From the NCBI RefSeq assembly GCF_018608325.1, contig NZ_JABAZW010000013.1:8009-72008 (forward strand): DNA of 64,000 nucleotides, read 5' to 3'. Position numbers and translations under genes: made by a program. The notes beneath the pieces were generated by a model. That model saw only the letters and a program-made list of their open reading frames with translations, did no database searches and was not told the origin of the DNA. The DNA comes from Brevundimonas sp. Its GTDB lineage: Bacteria; Pseudomonadota; Alphaproteobacteria; Caulobacterales; Caulobacteraceae. Below are positions 40,733-50,427 of this stretch, piece after piece (position 1 is the stretch's first letter; every line of letters starts with the position of its first letter).

Positions 40733-42238
40733 TCAGTGCGGGTACAGGGTGGATTGAGAACCGGGACCATAGCGTCGCAACAGCACGCCCGTCACGACCG
40801 CTCCAAAACCGAGAACGGCGGCGACTACATAAAGCACGACGACATAGGAGCGATCAAAAGCCGTCGCCGCAGCAGTCCACAGCGCCTCGGACTGCGGCCC
40901 GCCTGCCTCTGCAATGGTCAGGGCTTCAGACAGGCTGGACCGCGCCGCCTCCGGCGCTCCGGCGGGCAGGACTAATCCCAGACTGTAAAGTGCGGCCAGA
41001 AGACTGCCCAGCAGAGCCACCGCCAACAGGGCGCCGAACTCAAAGGACACCTCCTCCATCGACGCCGCCATCCCGGCCTGCTCCACTGGCGCATTGCCGA
41101 TGATCCCGGTGGAGGCGACCGACATCGATGCGCCAAGCCCGATACCCATGGCCAGAATACCGATGGCGACCCACAGCACCCCGTGATTCAGCCCCACAGC
41201 CACGCCGACAGCCGCCAGCGCCGCCAGCCCCAGGCCGCCTGAAATCAGATTGCGCAGTCCCAGCCTGTGCAGGAAGGCGCCGCCGATCAGCGACATCGGG
41301 ATGGCCCCCAGGATGACGACGGACACCAGCAATCCCGCCTCAGTCGGCGTGAAGCCTGACACCAGTTGGAACCGCTGACTCGTGATCAGTTGCAGCCCCG
41401 CAAAGCCGAACAGACCTGCGGCAGCCGCGATGATGCCCGCGCTAAGGGCCGGGTTACGGAACAGGTTGAAGTCCAGCGAGGGGTGCTCAAGCCGCCCCTG
41501 ACGCCGCACAAACAGGAAGCCGAACACGACGCTGATGGCGAGCGCCACGGCAGGCATCTGCCAGCTTGCCGCCGGATTGACCGCTTCCTTGATCGCCAGA
41601 ACCAGGCCGCCCATCGTCATCAACGACATCGCCGACGACTGGAAATCCCACGACTTGCTGACATCCGGCCTGGGCTTTGGCGCGTACAGGATGACGCCGA
41701 TCACCGCGACAATGACGACCGGCACGTTGATCAGGAAGACCGAGCCCCACCAGAACCAGTGCAGCAGCAAGCCGGACAATATGGGGCCCAGCCCAAAGCC
41801 CACCAGCGACATCGAGCCCCAGATCGCGATGGCGAAGGTCCGCTCCCGCTCATCCTGAAAACTGGTTCGGATCACCGCCAGCGTCGCCGGCATCATCGCC
41901 GCCGCGCCAACCGCCAGGAAGGCTCGCGCGGCGATCAGCGCTGCGGCTGTCGGCGCAAAGGCGGCAACCAGCGACGCCACGCCGAAAATGCCCAGCCCCG
42001 CCAGCAGCATGGTGCGATGACCGACCCGGTCGCCCAACGTCCCCGCCCCCAGCAGCAGCCCCGCCATCACCAGCGGATAGGCGTTGATGATCCACAGGCT
42101 CTCGCCGGGCGAAGCGCCCAGCTCCCGCTCCAGCGTCGGCAGGGCCGTATAGAGGATCGAGTTGTCCAGAGTGATGAGCAGCAGCGCGGCGATCGCCGTC
42201 GCCAGCACATGCCATCGTGATTTGGTCGTGAAGGTCAT
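40733..42238 (-). CDS. MFS drug efflux transporter (DHA2/EmrB-QacA type, 14 TMS)
   Basis: Motifs LDNSILYTALPTL and GTLGDRVGHR, and a ~500-aa length with many TM segments. The ATG at 42238 is used because the ORF-track start is a TTG at 42253. Confidence 0.9.
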   Translation of the reverse strand: MTFTTKSRWHVLATAIAALLLITLDNSILYTALPTLERELGASPGESLWIINAYPLVMAGLLLGAGTLGDRVGHRTMLLAGLGIFGVASLVAAFAPTAAALIAARAFLAVGAAAMMPATLAVIRTSFQDERERTFAIAIWGSMSLVGFGLGPILSGLLLHWFWWGSVFLINVPVVIVAVIGVILYAPKPRPDVSKSWDFQSSAMSLMTMGGLVLAIKEAVNPAASWQMPAVALAISVVFGFLFVRRQGRLEHPSLDFNLFRNPALSAGIIAAAAGLFGFAGLQLITSQRFQLVSGFTPTEAGLLVSVVILGAIPMSLIGGAFLHRLGLRNLISGGLGLAALAAVGVAVGLNHGVLWVAIGILAMGIGLGASMSVASTGIIGNAPVEQAGMAASMEEVSFEFGALLAVALLGSLLAALYSLGLVLPAGAPEAARSSLSEALTIAEAGGPQSEALWTAAATAFDRSYVVVLYVVAAVLGFGAVVTGVLLRRYGPGSQSTLYPH

Positions 42239-42242
42239 GCGC

Positions 42243-42270
42243 AAACTATACAAACATGTTTGTATAGTTT
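42243..42270. promoter_or_regulatory. 28-bp perfect palindrome AAACTATACAAACA|TGTTTGTATAGTTT (probable TetR operator)
   Basis: Read directly from the sequence. It lies 5-32 nt upstream of the MFS start codon. Confidence 0.7.
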
Positions 42271-42400
42271 CAACCCGAACTCCATCGTCGCATCATCGCC
42301 AAACCGCACACGCCAAGGCGCATCATCAAGCCGACCGGCTTGACGCGAACACCCCCGATCTGCTCATCGCGAGATCGATCGATTTTAGAGATTGCGCGCC

Positions 42401-42559
42401 ATGAACAAGAATATCGGAGCCAAGGCCGCTATCGGCTTTCCGCTGGGGATCTGCATCGGCATCATCTTCGGCGCCCTGATCCACAACATGGCCATAGGCA
42501 TCATCATCGGCCTTGCACTGGGCTTCGGCGTGGTGAAGTTCGGCCGCAGGAAGCCCTGA
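42401..42559 (+). CDS. Candidate 52-aa small membrane protein
   Basis: Translated by hand: MNKNIGAKAAIGFPLGICIGIIFGALIHNMAIGIIIGLALGFGVVKFGRRKP. It is below the ORF-track cutoff. Confidence 0.4.
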   Translation: MNKNIGAKAAIGFPLGICIGIIFGALIHNMAIGIIIGLALGFGVVKFGRRKP

Positions 42560-42565
42560 ACGGCT

Positions 42566-43387
42566 TCAGATCACGAAGTCGTACACGACCTCGGCCAATG
42601 TGTGGTCCATCGTCCGGGCAGGCTCGGCGCCTGTGGGGCAGTTGACCAGGCGGGCCGGGACACCTGCGACGGTGCAGCCGGTCGGCACATTCTTCAGCAC
42701 CACCGAACCCGACGCCACCTTGGCGAAGTCGCCGACGTGGATATTGCCCAGCACCTTCGCCCCCGCGCCCAACAGGACGCCGTTGCCGATCTTGGGGTGA
42801 CGGTCGCCGCGTTCGGCCCCCGTGCCGCCCAGGGTCACATTGTGCAGCATGGAGACGTCATCACCGACCACCGCCGTCTCACCGATGACGATGCCGGTGC
42901 CGTGGTCAAGGAACAGTCCCTTGCCCAGACGCGCCGCCGGATGGATGTCCAGTTGGAACAGTTCGGAGATGCGGCTCTGGAAATGGAAGGCCAGCGTCTC
43001 GCGCCCCTGCCCCCACAGCCAATGCGCCACGCGCCAGGCCTGCAGCGCCTGGAAACCTTTGAAATAGAGGAAGGGCTGCAACAGATTGCGGATCGCCGGG
43101 TCGCGCTCGGCGACCGCCTGCAGATCAGCCTCGGCGGCCTCGACGATGCTGGGATCAGCCTTGAAGGCGGACAGGCAGACTTCGCGCACCGACATGGCGC
43201 TCATTTCGCCATCGGCCAGCTTGCGCGCGATCTGGAAGCTGAGAGCGCCGGACAGGTCGTCGTGCGACAGGACGACCGCGTTCATCTGCGAGCCCAACTG
43301 CGGTTCTTCGCGCGACGCAGCCTCAGCCGAGGCGCGCAGCTGACGCCACACGCTGTCGTTCTCAGCGACGATTTCCAGCTTGGCCAT
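42566..43387 (-). CDS. cysE: Serine O-acetyltransferase
   Basis: SATase N-terminal domain plus hexapeptide repeats (..GTGIVIGETAVVGDDVSMLHNVTLGG..HPKIGNGVLLGAGAKVLGNI..). The ATG at 43387 follows GAAGGAG. Confidence 0.9.
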   Translation of the reverse strand: MAKLEIVAENDSVWRQLRASAEAASREEPQLGSQMNAVVLSHDDLSGALSFQIARKLADGEMSAMSVREVCLSAFKADPSIVEAAEADLQAVAERDPAIRNLLQPFLYFKGFQALQAWRVAHWLWGQGRETLAFHFQSRISELFQLDIHPAARLGKGLFLDHGTGIVIGETAVVGDDVSMLHNVTLGGTGAERGDRHPKIGNGVLLGAGAKVLGNIHVGDFAKVASGSVVLKNVPTGCTVAGVPARLVNCPTGAEPARTMDHTLAEVVYDFVI

Positions 43388-43407
43388 GATCGGCTCCTTC
43401 GGGGGCA

Positions 43408-44049
43408 TCATACGCGCCCAAGCAAGGCGCGCGCCAGCGCTTCGGGCAGTTCCCCGTTCTGGGCCATATGGTAGGCGCGATAAGCCGTCGCCACCGTCAG
43501 GCCGTCCCGTACAGTCCCCCGCCCGATTTCCTCCAGCAGCGCGGCAAATGGGACACGCACGATGGCGATGACCTCGGTGGGATCAGGCGCGACCGGCACG
43601 GGGCTGAGCCCCCAGGCGATCCAAGTATAGGCCATCTCGGTCGTGACCGAGTTTGACACCTCCATTGTCAGCGCAGGCGTCCAGTGCGCCGCCTCCAGCC
43701 CGGCTTCTTCGGCCAGTTCCCGCCGCACGCCGTCGAAGGGATCCTCGCCCACCGGCGCGCCGCCCTCGGGTATTTCCCAGGAATATGTGCCCAGGGCGAA
43801 CCTCTGCTGGCCGACCAGAACCACTGTCCCGTCATCATGGATCGGCAGCACCCCGGTCGCGACATTCTTGGGCTGCATGATCGTATAGTCGCTGGCCAGC
43901 CCCGTCGGCGCGACGACCTGATGCTGGGTCAGACGCATCCACGGGTTCTCGAACACCGTCCGCTCGCTCTCGCGACGCCACGCAGGCGGCTTGACCAGCC
44001 CCTTGGCCCAGCTCGGTTCGTCGACGATTTTCAGCGTATTGTTCATCAC
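43408..44049 (-). CDS. NUDIX hydrolase (ADP-ribose pyrophosphatase-like)
   Basis: Nudix box PEGGAPVGEDPFDGVRRELAEEAGL. Confidence 0.85.
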   Translation of the reverse strand: MMNNTLKIVDEPSWAKGLVKPPAWRRESERTVFENPWMRLTQHQVVAPTGLASDYTIMQPKNVATGVLPIHDDGTVVLVGQQRFALGTYSWEIPEGGAPVGEDPFDGVRRELAEEAGLEAAHWTPALTMEVSNSVTTEMAYTWIAWGLSPVPVAPDPTEVIAIVRVPFAALLEEIGRGTVRDGLTVATAYRAYHMAQNGELPEALARALLGRV

Positions 44050-44091
44050 GCGGGTATGGCGGATCAGGGGTCGAAAGCCTAGCTAGGCCAC

Positions 44092-44700
44092 ATGACCGAT
44101 TTGCCCGTTTTCGCCCTGAACGACGCTGTCCCCCTGCCCGTCCCCTCGGCGGAGTTCCGCCAGCGTCTGGCCCAGCGCCGCTCGGCCCCGGCGCAGTCCC
44201 TGATCGGCCCCGGCCCGACGGACGCCGAACTGGACGACATCCTGCGTCTGGGCGCCCGCACGCCCGATCACGGCAAGCTGTTCCCCTGGCGGTTCGTGGT
44301 TCTGGGTCCGCAGTCGCGTGCAGAGATCGCCGAACGTCTGGCGGTGCTGGCCGAGGTCCGCAACAAGCCCGCAAAGGATCAGGCAGTGCTGGCCAAGCTG
44401 ACAGCGGCGCCGGTCACCATCCTGGTCATCTCCACCCCCATCCCCGACGCCAAACCGATCTGGGAGCAGGAGTTGTCTGCGGGCGCCGTCTGCATGAACC
44501 TGGAACACGCCGCCAGCGGCTTCGGCTATTCGTCCAGCTGGATCACCGACTGGTATGCCTATGACGCGCAAGGCGCCGCCCTGTTCGGCGTCAAGGATGG
44601 CGAGAAGATCGCCGGCTTCATCCACATCGGAACCCTGACCGAAGCGCCTCTGGAGCGGCCCCGCCCAGAAATCGCCATGAAGGTCACACGCTTGCCGTAA
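44092..44700 (+). CDS. Nitroreductase family protein
   Basis: RRSAPAQ..LDDILRLGARTPDHGKLFPWRF.., typical of the nitroreductase fold. Confidence 0.8.
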   Translation: MTDLPVFALNDAVPLPVPSAEFRQRLAQRRSAPAQSLIGPGPTDAELDDILRLGARTPDHGKLFPWRFVVLGPQSRAEIAERLAVLAEVRNKPAKDQAVLAKLTAAPVTILVISTPIPDAKPIWEQELSAGAVCMNLEHAASGFGYSSSWITDWYAYDAQGAALFGVKDGEKIAGFIHIGTLTEAPLERPRPEIAMKVTRLP

Positions 44701-44771
44701 CTCGGCGGCATAAAGTCGCTTCACGTCGGTTTAGTCTCGACCGGCGCCGCCTCCTCCCCCAAGGCCTCAGT

Positions 44772-45434
44772 ATGGATTCCCTGTTGCAAGCCGTGGGCGA
44801 CTTCATCGCCCGCAATCATATGTGGGCCGGCGTTCTTCTTGGCCTCATCACCTTTGTCGAATCCCTGGCGGTGATCGGCGCCTTCGTGCCCGCGACCGGT
44901 CTGCTGGTGGCGGCGGGCGGTCTGATCGCAGCAGGCGTGCTGGACCCCGCCAACGTCATCATCGGCTGCATCATCGGCGCCGTTCTGGGCGACGCCGTCA
45001 GCTATTGGGCGGGCCGTCGTCTGGGCATCCGCTTCCTGCAGCGCCCGATGTTCAAGCCGCACCGCCGCCGCATCGCCTGGACGCGCCTGTACTGCCGTCG
45101 CTACGGCGTGCTGTCGATCTTCGTCGGGCGCTTCTTCGGCCCTCTGCGCGCCTTCGTGCCGCTGACGCTGGGGATGCTGCGGATGCGCCAGCGGGCGTTC
45201 CAGTTCGGCAATGTCACCTCGGGCATCGTCTGGGTGCTGGCAATGCTGGCGCCGGGCTATCTGGCGGCGAAGGGTCTGGCGCAGCTGGAGCTGCTGAGCG
45301 AAGCCCACGGGCCCACCCTGCTGATCGGCGCCATCGCCGTGGCCATTCTGGCGGTCGCCATCATCTATCGCGCGGTGAAGTCCCGCATGACCCGCAAGTC
45401 GGCCATCCTCAAGGGCGCGCTGGAGAGCCGCTGA
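44772..45434 (+). CDS. DedA-family membrane protein
   Basis: ..FVESLAVIGAFVPATGLLVAAG..LGDAVSYWAGRRLG..RYGVLSIFVGRF.. DedA/SNARE-associated motifs. Confidence 0.85.
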   Translation: MDSLLQAVGDFIARNHMWAGVLLGLITFVESLAVIGAFVPATGLLVAAGGLIAAGVLDPANVIIGCIIGAVLGDAVSYWAGRRLGIRFLQRPMFKPHRRRIAWTRLYCRRYGVLSIFVGRFFGPLRAFVPLTLGMLRMRQRAFQFGNVTSGIVWVLAMLAPGYLAAKGLAQLELLSEAHGPTLLIGAIAVAILAVAIIYRAVKSRMTRKSAILKGALESR

Positions 45435-46287
45435 TCGCTTCTTCTTCGGGCCGGTGCACGATCGACACCAGCACCACCGAAATGATCATCAGCAGGAACC
45501 ACGCCCCCAGCTTGCTCAGGGACACCATCTCCCATCCGTCCGTCTGCCCCGGATAGGTCCAGGCCCGGCTCAGCGTGCCCAGGTTCTCGGCGAACCAGAT
45601 GAACAGGGCCACCAGCCCATAACCCAGCAGCAGCGGCATCGACCTGCGCCTGCGGTCCGCCGTGAAATAGAACCAGCCCCGCCCGAACAGCAGCGCCGTC
45701 GCCACGAACAGCCCCAGCCGCACGTCAGGCAGCCAGTGGTGCGCAAAGAAATTCACGTATATGGCCGCCGCCAGCACCCAGGTCGTCCATAGCGGCGGAT
45801 AGCGCCTGACCCGGATGTGGAAGATGCGCTGCACCCGCGCGATGTAGCTGCCGACCGCTGCATACATGAAGCCCGAGAACAGCGGCACCGCCCCGATCCT
45901 GAGCAGGCTGTCCTCGGGATAGACCCACGACCCGTGCGCCGTCTTGAACAGCTCCATGATCGTGCCGGCGATGTGGAACAGGAAGATGACCTTGGCCTCC
46001 TCCATGCTCTCCAGCCTGAAGGCCAGCATCGCCGCCTGAATGACCAGCGCCCCGACCACCAGAACGTCATAGCGCGACACCGCCGCTCCATCCGGCCAAA
46101 GCATCCAGGTGCCCATGATCAGCACCAGCATCAGCCCGCCAAACAGACAGGCCCACCCCTGCTTCAGCCCGAACCAGAGGAACTCATAGACGTAGCCGTT
46201 GAGGCGGGACCGATCGGCCCACGCCTCCGCACGGGTCATCAGACGGCGCCCCCACACTTCGAGCGGAAGACGGGAGAGTGAAGTCAT
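45409..46287 (-). CDS. DUF817-like integral membrane protein
   Basis: Polytopic membrane ORF. The family assignment comes from memory of the ..GLKQGWACLFGGLML.. type N-terminus. Confidence 0.65.
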   Translation of the reverse strand: MTSLSRLPLEVWGRRLMTRAEAWADRSRLNGYVYEFLWFGLKQGWACLFGGLMLVLIMGTWMLWPDGAAVSRYDVLVVGALVIQAAMLAFRLESMEEAKVIFLFHIAGTIMELFKTAHGSWVYPEDSLLRIGAVPLFSGFMYAAVGSYIARVQRIFHIRVRRYPPLWTTWVLAAAIYVNFFAHHWLPDVRLGLFVATALLFGRGWFYFTADRRRRSMPLLLGYGLVALFIWFAENLGTLSRAWTYPGQTDGWEMVSLSKLGAWFLLMIISVVLVSIVHRPEEEAISGSPARP

Positions 46288-46365
46288 GACCGTAGGCTAT
46301 GCAGAAGAACCCGGGCAATGTCAGATCAAGTTTGTCGGAGCAACCGCCCCCAAACAGGACAAATC

Positions 46366-47436
46366 CTAAAGCAGCTCCAACCTCGGGCCACTCCGCAGAT
46401 TATTGTTGCCCGCGATCATGTTGGACGCCAAAGCAAAATCGCCCGTCGCGGAAATCACCCGACGCTCAGCGTAAATCACCTGAAGCGAGTTATAGTATTC
46501 CATACTTTTAGCGTTGCTGATCAGAGGCTTTTGGTTTCGGATCGCATCCAAATCCGCCCGCAGAGCTTCAATACTCGCGCCCAAGTTCGCCCGCTCCTTT
46601 CGCAAAAGATCAGCCTCAGACCCCACCCCCAGTAGAGCAATTAGGGCTGTATTGTGGTAACTTTCTTCAGATTGCTTTAAGCCAACTTCAAGAAAATGCA
46701 CTAATGTCGGACACCAAAATGCCAATAAGAGATCAGGGGCGATAGGCAAATAAATTTCTATACCTTCGGAAGTAAGGCCCAAGCTCCCCAAAACCCCATT
46801 TTGGTTTGTATTGGCCTTAACAACTGGGTGGTCGCCTAGCAGGAAGGTGGTCCCAGGGGCCGCTCCGATCAACAGCATCATTTTGGTCGAAATGATTTTC
46901 GTGAACTCAGGAAGATTCTTGCTAGCCAAATTCATTGCGATGAATTTGACCATTTCTGGATCATCCATTCCCCGAAGTTGTGGAACCTCCTCGGGGTCAT
47001 GCCCCATGGAACGAACGCGCTCACGCATCTTCTCTGCGACGTCGATCATATTGATCCGCGTGCTCGGCCCTCGGACCTGCTGGAGCGCTACAAAGGCCAT
47101 GACCTTCACACGATCTTCCAACGTCAATCCGACCAAAGAACGGTCCTCTGCAATCCGTTTGAAAACCGGGGCTGCTTGGTCCTCGATTTTTCCGAGGCCA
47201 TCCTCCATGCAAATGATATACTTCCCGTCATTGTAACGGTTGAAATCTCGCTCATGGAGAATGTTAGCAGGTGCAGTGCGAAAGATCCGTTCTTCTTTCT
47301 TATCGAAGACATACACTTGAGGGAATTTTCCGCGACCAGCAGTCGCAAACGCGCTTTGCAACATGCAAGGCACGTAGTGCTGTCCTCGAGTCTTTAACGG
47401 TCCGTCAGGCAATGACTTTGTCTCGAAGCAGCTCAC
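46366..47436 (-). CDS. DUF4238-family protein on a low-GC islet
   Basis: The N-terminal QHYVPCMLQSAF motif is characteristic of DUF4238. It uses a GTG start. The gene and short flanks are visibly more A/T-rich than their neighbours. Confidence 0.75.
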   Translation of the reverse strand: MSCFETKSLPDGPLKTRGQHYVPCMLQSAFATAGRGKFPQVYVFDKKEERIFRTAPANILHERDFNRYNDGKYIICMEDGLGKIEDQAAPVFKRIAEDRSLVGLTLEDRVKVMAFVALQQVRGPSTRINMIDVAEKMRERVRSMGHDPEEVPQLRGMDDPEMVKFIAMNLASKNLPEFTKIISTKMMLLIGAAPGTTFLLGDHPVVKANTNQNGVLGSLGLTSEGIEIYLPIAPDLLLAFWCPTLVHFLEVGLKQSEESYHNTALIALLGVGSEADLLRKERANLGASIEALRADLDAIRNQKPLISNAKSMEYYNSLQVIYAERRVISATGDFALASNMIAGNNNLRSGPRLELL

Positions 47437-47501
47437 TTGTGAACACCATACGAACCTCCACTACTTTTATTCATTACCTGACAAGTTCCCCCGACTAAAT
47501 C

Positions 47502-47972
47502 TCACCCTCGCCCGCGATAGGTCGGCACACCTTGATCCGGCAGCCACAGCCCCTCAGGCGCCACGCCCGTCTGCCAGAAGACGTCGATGGGGATGCCGCC
47601 GCGCGGGTACCAGTAGCCGCCGATACGCAGCCATTTCGGCTGCAGCAGATCAGCCAGTTTGCGGCCAATGGCGACGGTGCAGTCCTCGTGGAAGGCGCCG
47701 TGGTTGCGGAAGCTGGTCAGGTACAGCTTCAGGCTCTTTGACTCGACCAGCCATTCGCCCGGCGCATAGTCGATGACGATGTGTGCGAAGTCGGGCTGGC
47801 CGGTCACCGGGCACAGGCTGGTGAACTCAGGCGCCGTGAACCGGGCCAGATACAGGGTGTCCGCGTGCGGGTTCGGCACCCGCTCCAGCACGGCGGTTTC
47901 AGGGCTGGTCGGGGCGGCGGTCTGGGCGCCAAGCTGGCTCAGGTTGTCGGTGTAATGCGTCATGCCCGCCAT
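47502..47972 (-). CDS. queF: NADPH-dependent 7-cyano-7-deazaguanine reductase
   Basis: ..[46 protein letters not shown].. QueF type I signature. Confidence 0.9.
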   Translation of the reverse strand: MAGMTHYTDNLSQLGAQTAAPTSPETAVLERVPNPHADTLYLARFTAPEFTSLCPVTGQPDFAHIVIDYAPGEWLVESKSLKLYLTSFRNHGAFHEDCTVAIGRKLADLLQPKWLRIGGYWYPRGGIPIDVFWQTGVAPEGLWLPDQGVPTYRGRG

Positions 47973-48086
47973 TTAGGCGTTCGACGCGGCAAAGAAAATC
48001 CTCAGCGTCGCACCCCGTGCGGCGCCCCATTGCCTTACCCGGCGACAGCCGGTTATCCGTAGCGAAAGAAAACCAAGGAGACGCTC

Positions 48087-49019
48087 GTGGCTATTCCCGC
48101 ATCGCTGCAAAAGGGTCTGACCCTGCCGATCATTTCGGCGCCCATGTTTCTGGTCTCTGGCCCGGACCTGGTGGTCGAGGCCTGTAATGCGGGCGTCATC
48201 GGCACCTTCCCGTCGCTGAACCAGCGCACGACCGAGGGCTATCGGGAGTGGATCCACGAGATCAAGGCGCGGCTGAAGCCGGACGCCGCCGCGTTTGGCG
48301 TCAACCACATCGTCCACCCGACCAATCCCCGTCTGATGGCGGACATGATGGTGTCGGTCGAAGAGAAGGTGCCGCTGATCATCACCTCGCTGGGCGCGGT
48401 GCGCGACGTGGTCGATGCGGTGCACGGCTATGGCGGTCAGGTCTTCCACGACATCGCCAACATCCGCCACGCCCGCAAGGCGGCCGAGGCGGGCGTCGAC
48501 GGCCTGATCCTGGTGGCCAATGGCGCGGGCGGCCACGCGGGCATCATCAACCCGTTTGCCTTGGTCAATGAGGTCCGCAGCTTCTTTGACGGCACCATCA
48601 TCCTGTCGGGCGCCCTGTCGACCGGTCAGGACGTGGCGGCGGCCCTGATGCTGGGCGCCGACTTCGCCTATATGGGCACCCGTTTCATCAACACGACTGA
48701 GGCCTTGGCGGCGCCTGCCTACAAGCAGATGATCATCGACAGCGGCTCGACCGACATCGTCCACACGCCCGCCGTGTCCGGCATCCCCGCCAACTTCATG
48801 AGCAAGTCGCTGGTCGAGAACGGCATCGACCCCAAACACCTGCCCGAGCACAAGCTGGACATGGGCGACGAGGCCAAGGCGTGGAAGACCGTCTGGTCCG
48901 CTGGGCAAGGCGCAGGCGCCATCCACGACGTCCTGCCGACCGCAGAACTGGTGGGTCGTCTGCGACAAGAGTTCGCTCAGGCAACGGAAGAATTCGCGAA
49001 GAAGACCGCCACGCGTTAA
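48087..49019 (+). CDS. Nitronate monooxygenase (NMO/2-nitropropane dioxygenase family)
   Basis: GTG start 6 nt after AAGGAG. Motifs PIISAPMFLVSGPDLV.. and GVDGLILVANGAGGH. Confidence 0.85.
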   Translation: MAIPASLQKGLTLPIISAPMFLVSGPDLVVEACNAGVIGTFPSLNQRTTEGYREWIHEIKARLKPDAAAFGVNHIVHPTNPRLMADMMVSVEEKVPLIITSLGAVRDVVDAVHGYGGQVFHDIANIRHARKAAEAGVDGLILVANGAGGHAGIINPFALVNEVRSFFDGTIILSGALSTGQDVAAALMLGADFAYMGTRFINTTEALAAPAYKQMIIDSGSTDIVHTPAVSGIPANFMSKSLVENGIDPKHLPEHKLDMGDEAKAWKTVWSAGQGAGAIHDVLPTAELVGRLRQEFAQATEEFAKKTATR

Positions 49020-49056
49020 AGGCGATCCAACACGCTCGTTGCGCGTTGGAGCTCCC

Positions 49057-49767
49057 ATGATCCGCATCGCCTCGCCTGCCCCGTTTGGTTTCGCCCCCCT
49101 GGGTCTTGCCATGGTTCTCGCCGCCTTCGCCACGCCTGCCCTGGCGCAGGCGGGCGGCGACTGGGACTTCCAGGTCGGTGCGGGCTCGGACAACCGGTCC
49201 AAGAACGTCTCCAAGTCTGCGACTGATCCCTACGCCTTCGGCTCGGCGACATGGGAAAGCGCCAACGGCCTGTTCTACGCCGGTCCGGGCTTCGAGACGA
49301 TCAAGGCGGGCGGCTCCAGGGTCGAGTTGAACATGGTTGCGGGCTATCAGCCCGAGGCCTTCGGCTATCAGTTCGACCTGAACGTCGCCTACAAGAACCG
49401 TGCGGGCGCCGACGACGGTTACGACAACGACACCTGGGAGTTCACCGGCAACATCAGCCGCTCCATCGGCCCGGCCCGCGCCCGGCTGCAGGTCCAGTAT
49501 TCGCCCGACGCCGCCGGATCAAACGAGGGCTTCGTCTGGATCGAGGGGCGCGTGGGCTGGACCTTCACGCCGAAACTGGACGGCACCGTCGCCGTGGGCC
49601 GCCGCGAACAGGACAACGGCCCCGACTACACCGGCTGGAACGCGGGCGTGACCTATGCCCTGACGGAGAAGCTGGATCTGGACCTGCGCTACTACGACAC
49701 CTCGGCCCATTCGGCGGGGGAACAGTATGGCGACGCCCTGGTCGCCAAGATCTCATACGCGTTCTGA
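49057..49767 (+). CDS. Outer-membrane beta-barrel protein (porin-like)
   Basis: The signal peptide is MIRIASPAPFGFAPLGLAMVLAAFATPALA. The protein has an alternating beta-strand pattern and a C-terminal aromatic residue (..KISYAF). Confidence 0.7.
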   Translation: MIRIASPAPFGFAPLGLAMVLAAFATPALAQAGGDWDFQVGAGSDNRSKNVSKSATDPYAFGSATWESANGLFYAGPGFETIKAGGSRVELNMVAGYQPEAFGYQFDLNVAYKNRAGADDGYDNDTWEFTGNISRSIGPARARLQVQYSPDAAGSNEGFVWIEGRVGWTFTPKLDGTVAVGRREQDNGPDYTGWNAGVTYALTEKLDLDLRYYDTSAHSAGEQYGDALVAKISYAF

Positions 49768-49944
49768 GCGGCCCGCCCTTGCGCATGGGTTGTCGGCTTC
49801 CCATCTAGAGCAGGTCGATCTCACTGCGTAACGCCGCTGCTCCCTTTGCATCTACGCACCGAGGTCCAAAAGCCGATCCCATTCAGACCCGACAGGCCGA
49901 CCAGGGATCCCTCCCTGCGGTCAACGCCAGACGGAGGTCTCCAA

Positions 49945-50157
49945 ATGGCTACCGGCACTGTTAAATGGTACAACCCCACCAAAGGCTACGGCTTCATCGC
50001 TCCCGATGACGGCGGCAAGGACGTCTTCGTCCACGCCTCGGCCGTCGAAACCTCGGACGTGGGTTCTCTGAACGAAGGCCAGAAAATCGCCTACGAAATC
50101 GAGCGCGACTCGCGCTCGGGCAAGGAATCCGCCGGCCGTCTCAAGGCGGCGGAGTAG
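49945..50157 (+). CDS. cspA: Cold-shock protein (CspA family)
   Basis: [42 protein letters not shown] is present and the 5' leader is long. Confidence 0.92.
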   Translation: MATGTVKWYNPTKGYGFIAPDDGGKDVFVHASAVETSDVGSLNEGQKIAYEIERDSRSGKESAGRLKAAE

Positions 50158-50202
50158 GACACGCTCCAGGCGTCCAACACGAACGAACCGCCCACGACCA
50201 AG

Positions 50203-50403
50203 ATGGGCGTCATCGCCTTTGACGGCGAGATAACTCGTCTGCTGCCGCTGGGCGGTCGCCGTGTCCGCCTGGACAACGGCCATCTGATCACGGTCCTGCC
50301 CTCTCTGGGCGCCCAGACGGGCGTCTCGCTGTTGGGCGACCGTGTGACGGTGGAAATCGCCTTCAATCAGCTGAAGGGCTGGCGCCTGTCGCGCCGGCCC
50401 TGA
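50203..50403 (+). CDS. IF-1-like S1/OB-fold small protein
   Basis: The pattern ..GEITRLLPLGGRRVRLDNGHLITVL..GDRVTVEI.. parallels InfA (..VELENGH.V.A..GD.V.VE..). No obvious SD. Confidence 0.45.
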   Translation: MGVIAFDGEITRLLPLGGRRVRLDNGHLITVLPSLGAQTGVSLLGDRVTVEIAFNQLKGWRLSRRP

Positions 50404-50427
50404 CGCCGTTTCCAAACGGATGCCGCC

